Source of the DNA: Cyanophora paradoxa CCMP329
Lineage: Eukaryota; Plantae; Glaucophyta
DNA: 64,000 nt
Assembly (NCBI GenBank): GCA_004431415.1
Contig: QPMI01000204.1
Span: 1 to 64,000 of the forward strand
Reading direction: 5' to 3'
Under the pieces are notes generated by a model. The model saw nothing but the letters and a program-made list of their open reading frames with translations. It was not told the DNA's origin and did no database searches. A program made the translations under genes and the position numbers. Below are positions 61,400 to 64,000 of this stretch, piece by piece. Numbering within the stretch: the first letter of the stretch is position 1; the number at the start of each line of letters is the position of its first letter.

Positions 61400-62731
61400 T
61401 CCCCCCCCTCCCCACCCTCCCCCCTCCTCCTCCTCCCCCGCCCCCCCCTCCTACCTCCCCCTCCGCCCCCACCCCCCTTCCCTTCTCCTTCCCCCAAAAA
61501 ACTACACACAGCCCCCGGCCCCCGCCCGACCCTCCCACCGCACCTCCCATCGCCGCCGCCAACTCGATCGCCTCTGCTTTTCAAGCGTGGGCTTTCAACG
61601 TTTTTCAAAGCCAGAAGGGGTTAGCATAGCATAGGGTTCGTCAGTATTGCCCAGTTTCAAGTTGCCAGATCGATATTTAGACACGCTCGGACCGTCGGAC
61701 ACTACGTGACAGTTCAACGGTTGTTCCAGATCATTTCAAGCCTCACCAGTCTATGGTGGTATATAGGGCTAGATCTAGGTCTAATTGCCAGTTGCAGCTG
61801 TACACTTGTACGTACGAATCAACGAACCTCGAGCTCATGATAAGCAGCCCTGAGGGACCGGGACTTGGCTTGCGAAGTTGCCAAGTTGGCATCATGGCAT
61901 CTCACTGAGTCAGATCTAGCCTAGTAGACTCTCAGTCTGAGAGTTCTAGTCTCATGATCATGTTATCGATCATGCTACGATGCATATATGGGCTCCCGGG
62001 TCCGGGATGGCCCAGCCTGGCAGTGGTGACTCGGACCGTCGGACAGCGACACCGGCGCCGCGGCAGCCGGGCGGCCCCCGGGCCCGGCCCGGCGGGGCCC
62101 ACAAAACTTGAAACTGCCAAGTTGGCAAATACACCGCGGCAGTCACACACTGAGTTGCCAAGTTGCCAGGACTCCCGGAGTCACTGAGTCCCAAAGTCTG
62201 GGATTCGATATCCCGGATCATCGGATTCTGCCAGGCCCCTGAGGCTAGCGCTGACTCAGTGAGGCCTTTCCGAGGCTCCGAGGCTCCCGAAGCTAAGCCC
62301 CCCCGCGCTGCAGCTGCGTGGCACCCGGTGACCGGTACCAAACTATAGCACCATGTGCACATATATGGCACCACGGTCACCGGGTACCGGTTGGATATCG
62401 ATGGCACTGCTTGGCCCGCGTGGTGGCCGCCGGGGTTGCCAAGTTGGATAGATTCTCGGACCGTCGGACGGGCCGGGCAACCGTGGCACTCTCCGAGTCT
62501 CTGCTCGTGAATAACGTCCGACGGTCTACGTGCCACCCAGACCCCCGCGCCCAGCATGCTGTCTCGGGTCCCCAAGTAGGATCAAGGACAGCTAAGAGTT
62601 CATTTAGAATCATGTACAGCGCGGCGCAGCCGAGAGCGAGCACCAAGAGGGGACACGCCCAGCGAGGCAGGCACCGAGGCAGCGGGAGGCGGCGCGAGGC
62701 AAACGAGGGGCGGGGCGGGGGGTGGGGGCCG

Positions 62732-64000
62732 CTAGTAGCGGCGCTTGACGCGGTAGTAGCCGGGCCCGATGGGGAGCTCGTAGGGCTCCTTGGCGACGGC
62801 GGAGACGAGCAGGCGCGGGTCCTTGTAGCTCGCCAGCGTCGGGAAGCGCGGCGCCTTCGACCGCATCACGCTGTACGTCCGCATGCTCCCTGCGCCCCCG
62901 TCGCTCCCCGCGCGCGAGCAGCCGCGCCGCCGGCCGCACCGCGCAGCGCCTTGACCATGCTCGCCTTGCTCCCCTGCTCCGGATCCCGGTCCCGCTGCCG
63001 CCCTCTCAGCGCCCGACACCCTTCTCTCGCCGCGCGGGGTGCAAGCGGGCGCCTCTCTAAATCGAAGTGGTGCTGGGGGGCGGGCGGGGGCAGCGCGGGG
63101 CGCGGGGGGCGGGCGGGGGGCGGGGGCGGCGGGGGGCCGGGGCGCACGTCGGGGTCCTGGGCCTCGAGGCCGAGCGAGGCGAGGGTGACCGCCCCCTTCC
63201 CCTTCTCCTTCTCCCGCTCCGTCTGCTTCTCCGCCCCGCGCCGCGACATGAAGAAGCCCTTCCGCGTCCACTCCTGCGCGACCTCAGCCCGCGCGGCGCG
63301 GCGGCGCGCCCGGCGCCACGCGCGCCTTCGCGTCCCAGTCAAGCGTGTAGTTCGTCTCCCCCGTCGCCCGCCCCTCGAACGTCCCCGAGAAGCGCGTCCG
63401 CCCGTCGCTGCGCCCCCGCGCGGCCCTCAGCGCTGAACGACGGACAGGCGCGACGGAAGCGCTCGACGGGGGCGGCCACGGAGGGGAGACGGAAGGGGCG
63501 CGGGCGCGGGCTAGGGGAGGTGCGGCGGGGCGACGGATGGGAGAGGGCGCGGGGCGGGGCGGGGCACCGGAACATGGAGGAGGGCCTGCGGGGCTCGCGG
63601 ATGGCGAGGCCGTGGTCGCCCTTGTCGTAGGAGCCCGGCCCGAGGCCCGTCGTGTACGGCAGCGTCGGACACGGGCACCGAGCGTCGTCCAGGAACGGCA
63701 CCGCCTTCGGGAAGCGCTCTGTCGGGCTCCGCATCGCCGAGAAGCCACGCGGGCTCTCACATGCCAGCTTATACATCGATTTCTTGTTGCCCTGGTTTAT
63801 ACAGTAGCTGCGGACCGAGTAAGGCGAGGCATGCATAGAACGAAGGCGGAGACGAGCGCACGTTAGCTCCCCGCCAGGCTCCTCGCATGGTAATCGATCC
63901 GGCGCTGCGCCCCCGTCAAGCCTGGCCAGCGCAAGGCAACGCCAGCGGTGCGCACCGGAGCTGGACACGCGGTACGTGTCCCCGAAGTAGGGATTGTAAC
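62732..64000 (-). CDS. SHIPPO/ODF3-like PGPGxY-repeat ciliary protein (3' part; starts beyond the window)
   Basis: GLGPGSYD and PIGPGYY repeats with FS/RF spacers; intron-like GC segments. Confidence 0.5.

Overview
Eukaryotic, extremely GC-rich, intron-dense genomic DNA. Plant-type COP1 and an RS-type SR protein sit beside ciliary genes (CC2D2A, a SHIPPO-repeat protein), which points to a flagellated alga, plausibly a glaucophyte such as Cyanophora (inference). Most ORFs in the supplied track are GC shadows; the real genes are split by ~50-100 nt introns, which I spliced by hand. Genes in order: secreted mucin/Cys-rich protein, LLPH, MED9, a hybrid PAS histidine kinase, a chromodomain protein, a winged-helix-like protein, an IQ-motif protein, ARFRP1, an RS SR protein, CC2D2A, an unknown gene, a head-to-head F-box/LRR pair, TUG/ASPSCR1-like UBX, COP1 and a SHIPPO protein. 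Rearrangements: a 5'-truncated RNase H-bearing LINE flanked by a ~1.18 kb direct duplication, and a ~9.67 kb tandem duplication with a 53-bp micro-duplication at its junction. Most unusual signals: (i) a relaxed splicing code, with about a third of donors GC, CCGAC/GCGAC candidate branch points and no polypyrimidine tract; (ii) intergenic DNA built from a small recurring set of quasi-palindromic words; (iii) two insertions flanked by duplicated gene 3' ends; (iv) an abrupt rise in GC along each long gene.
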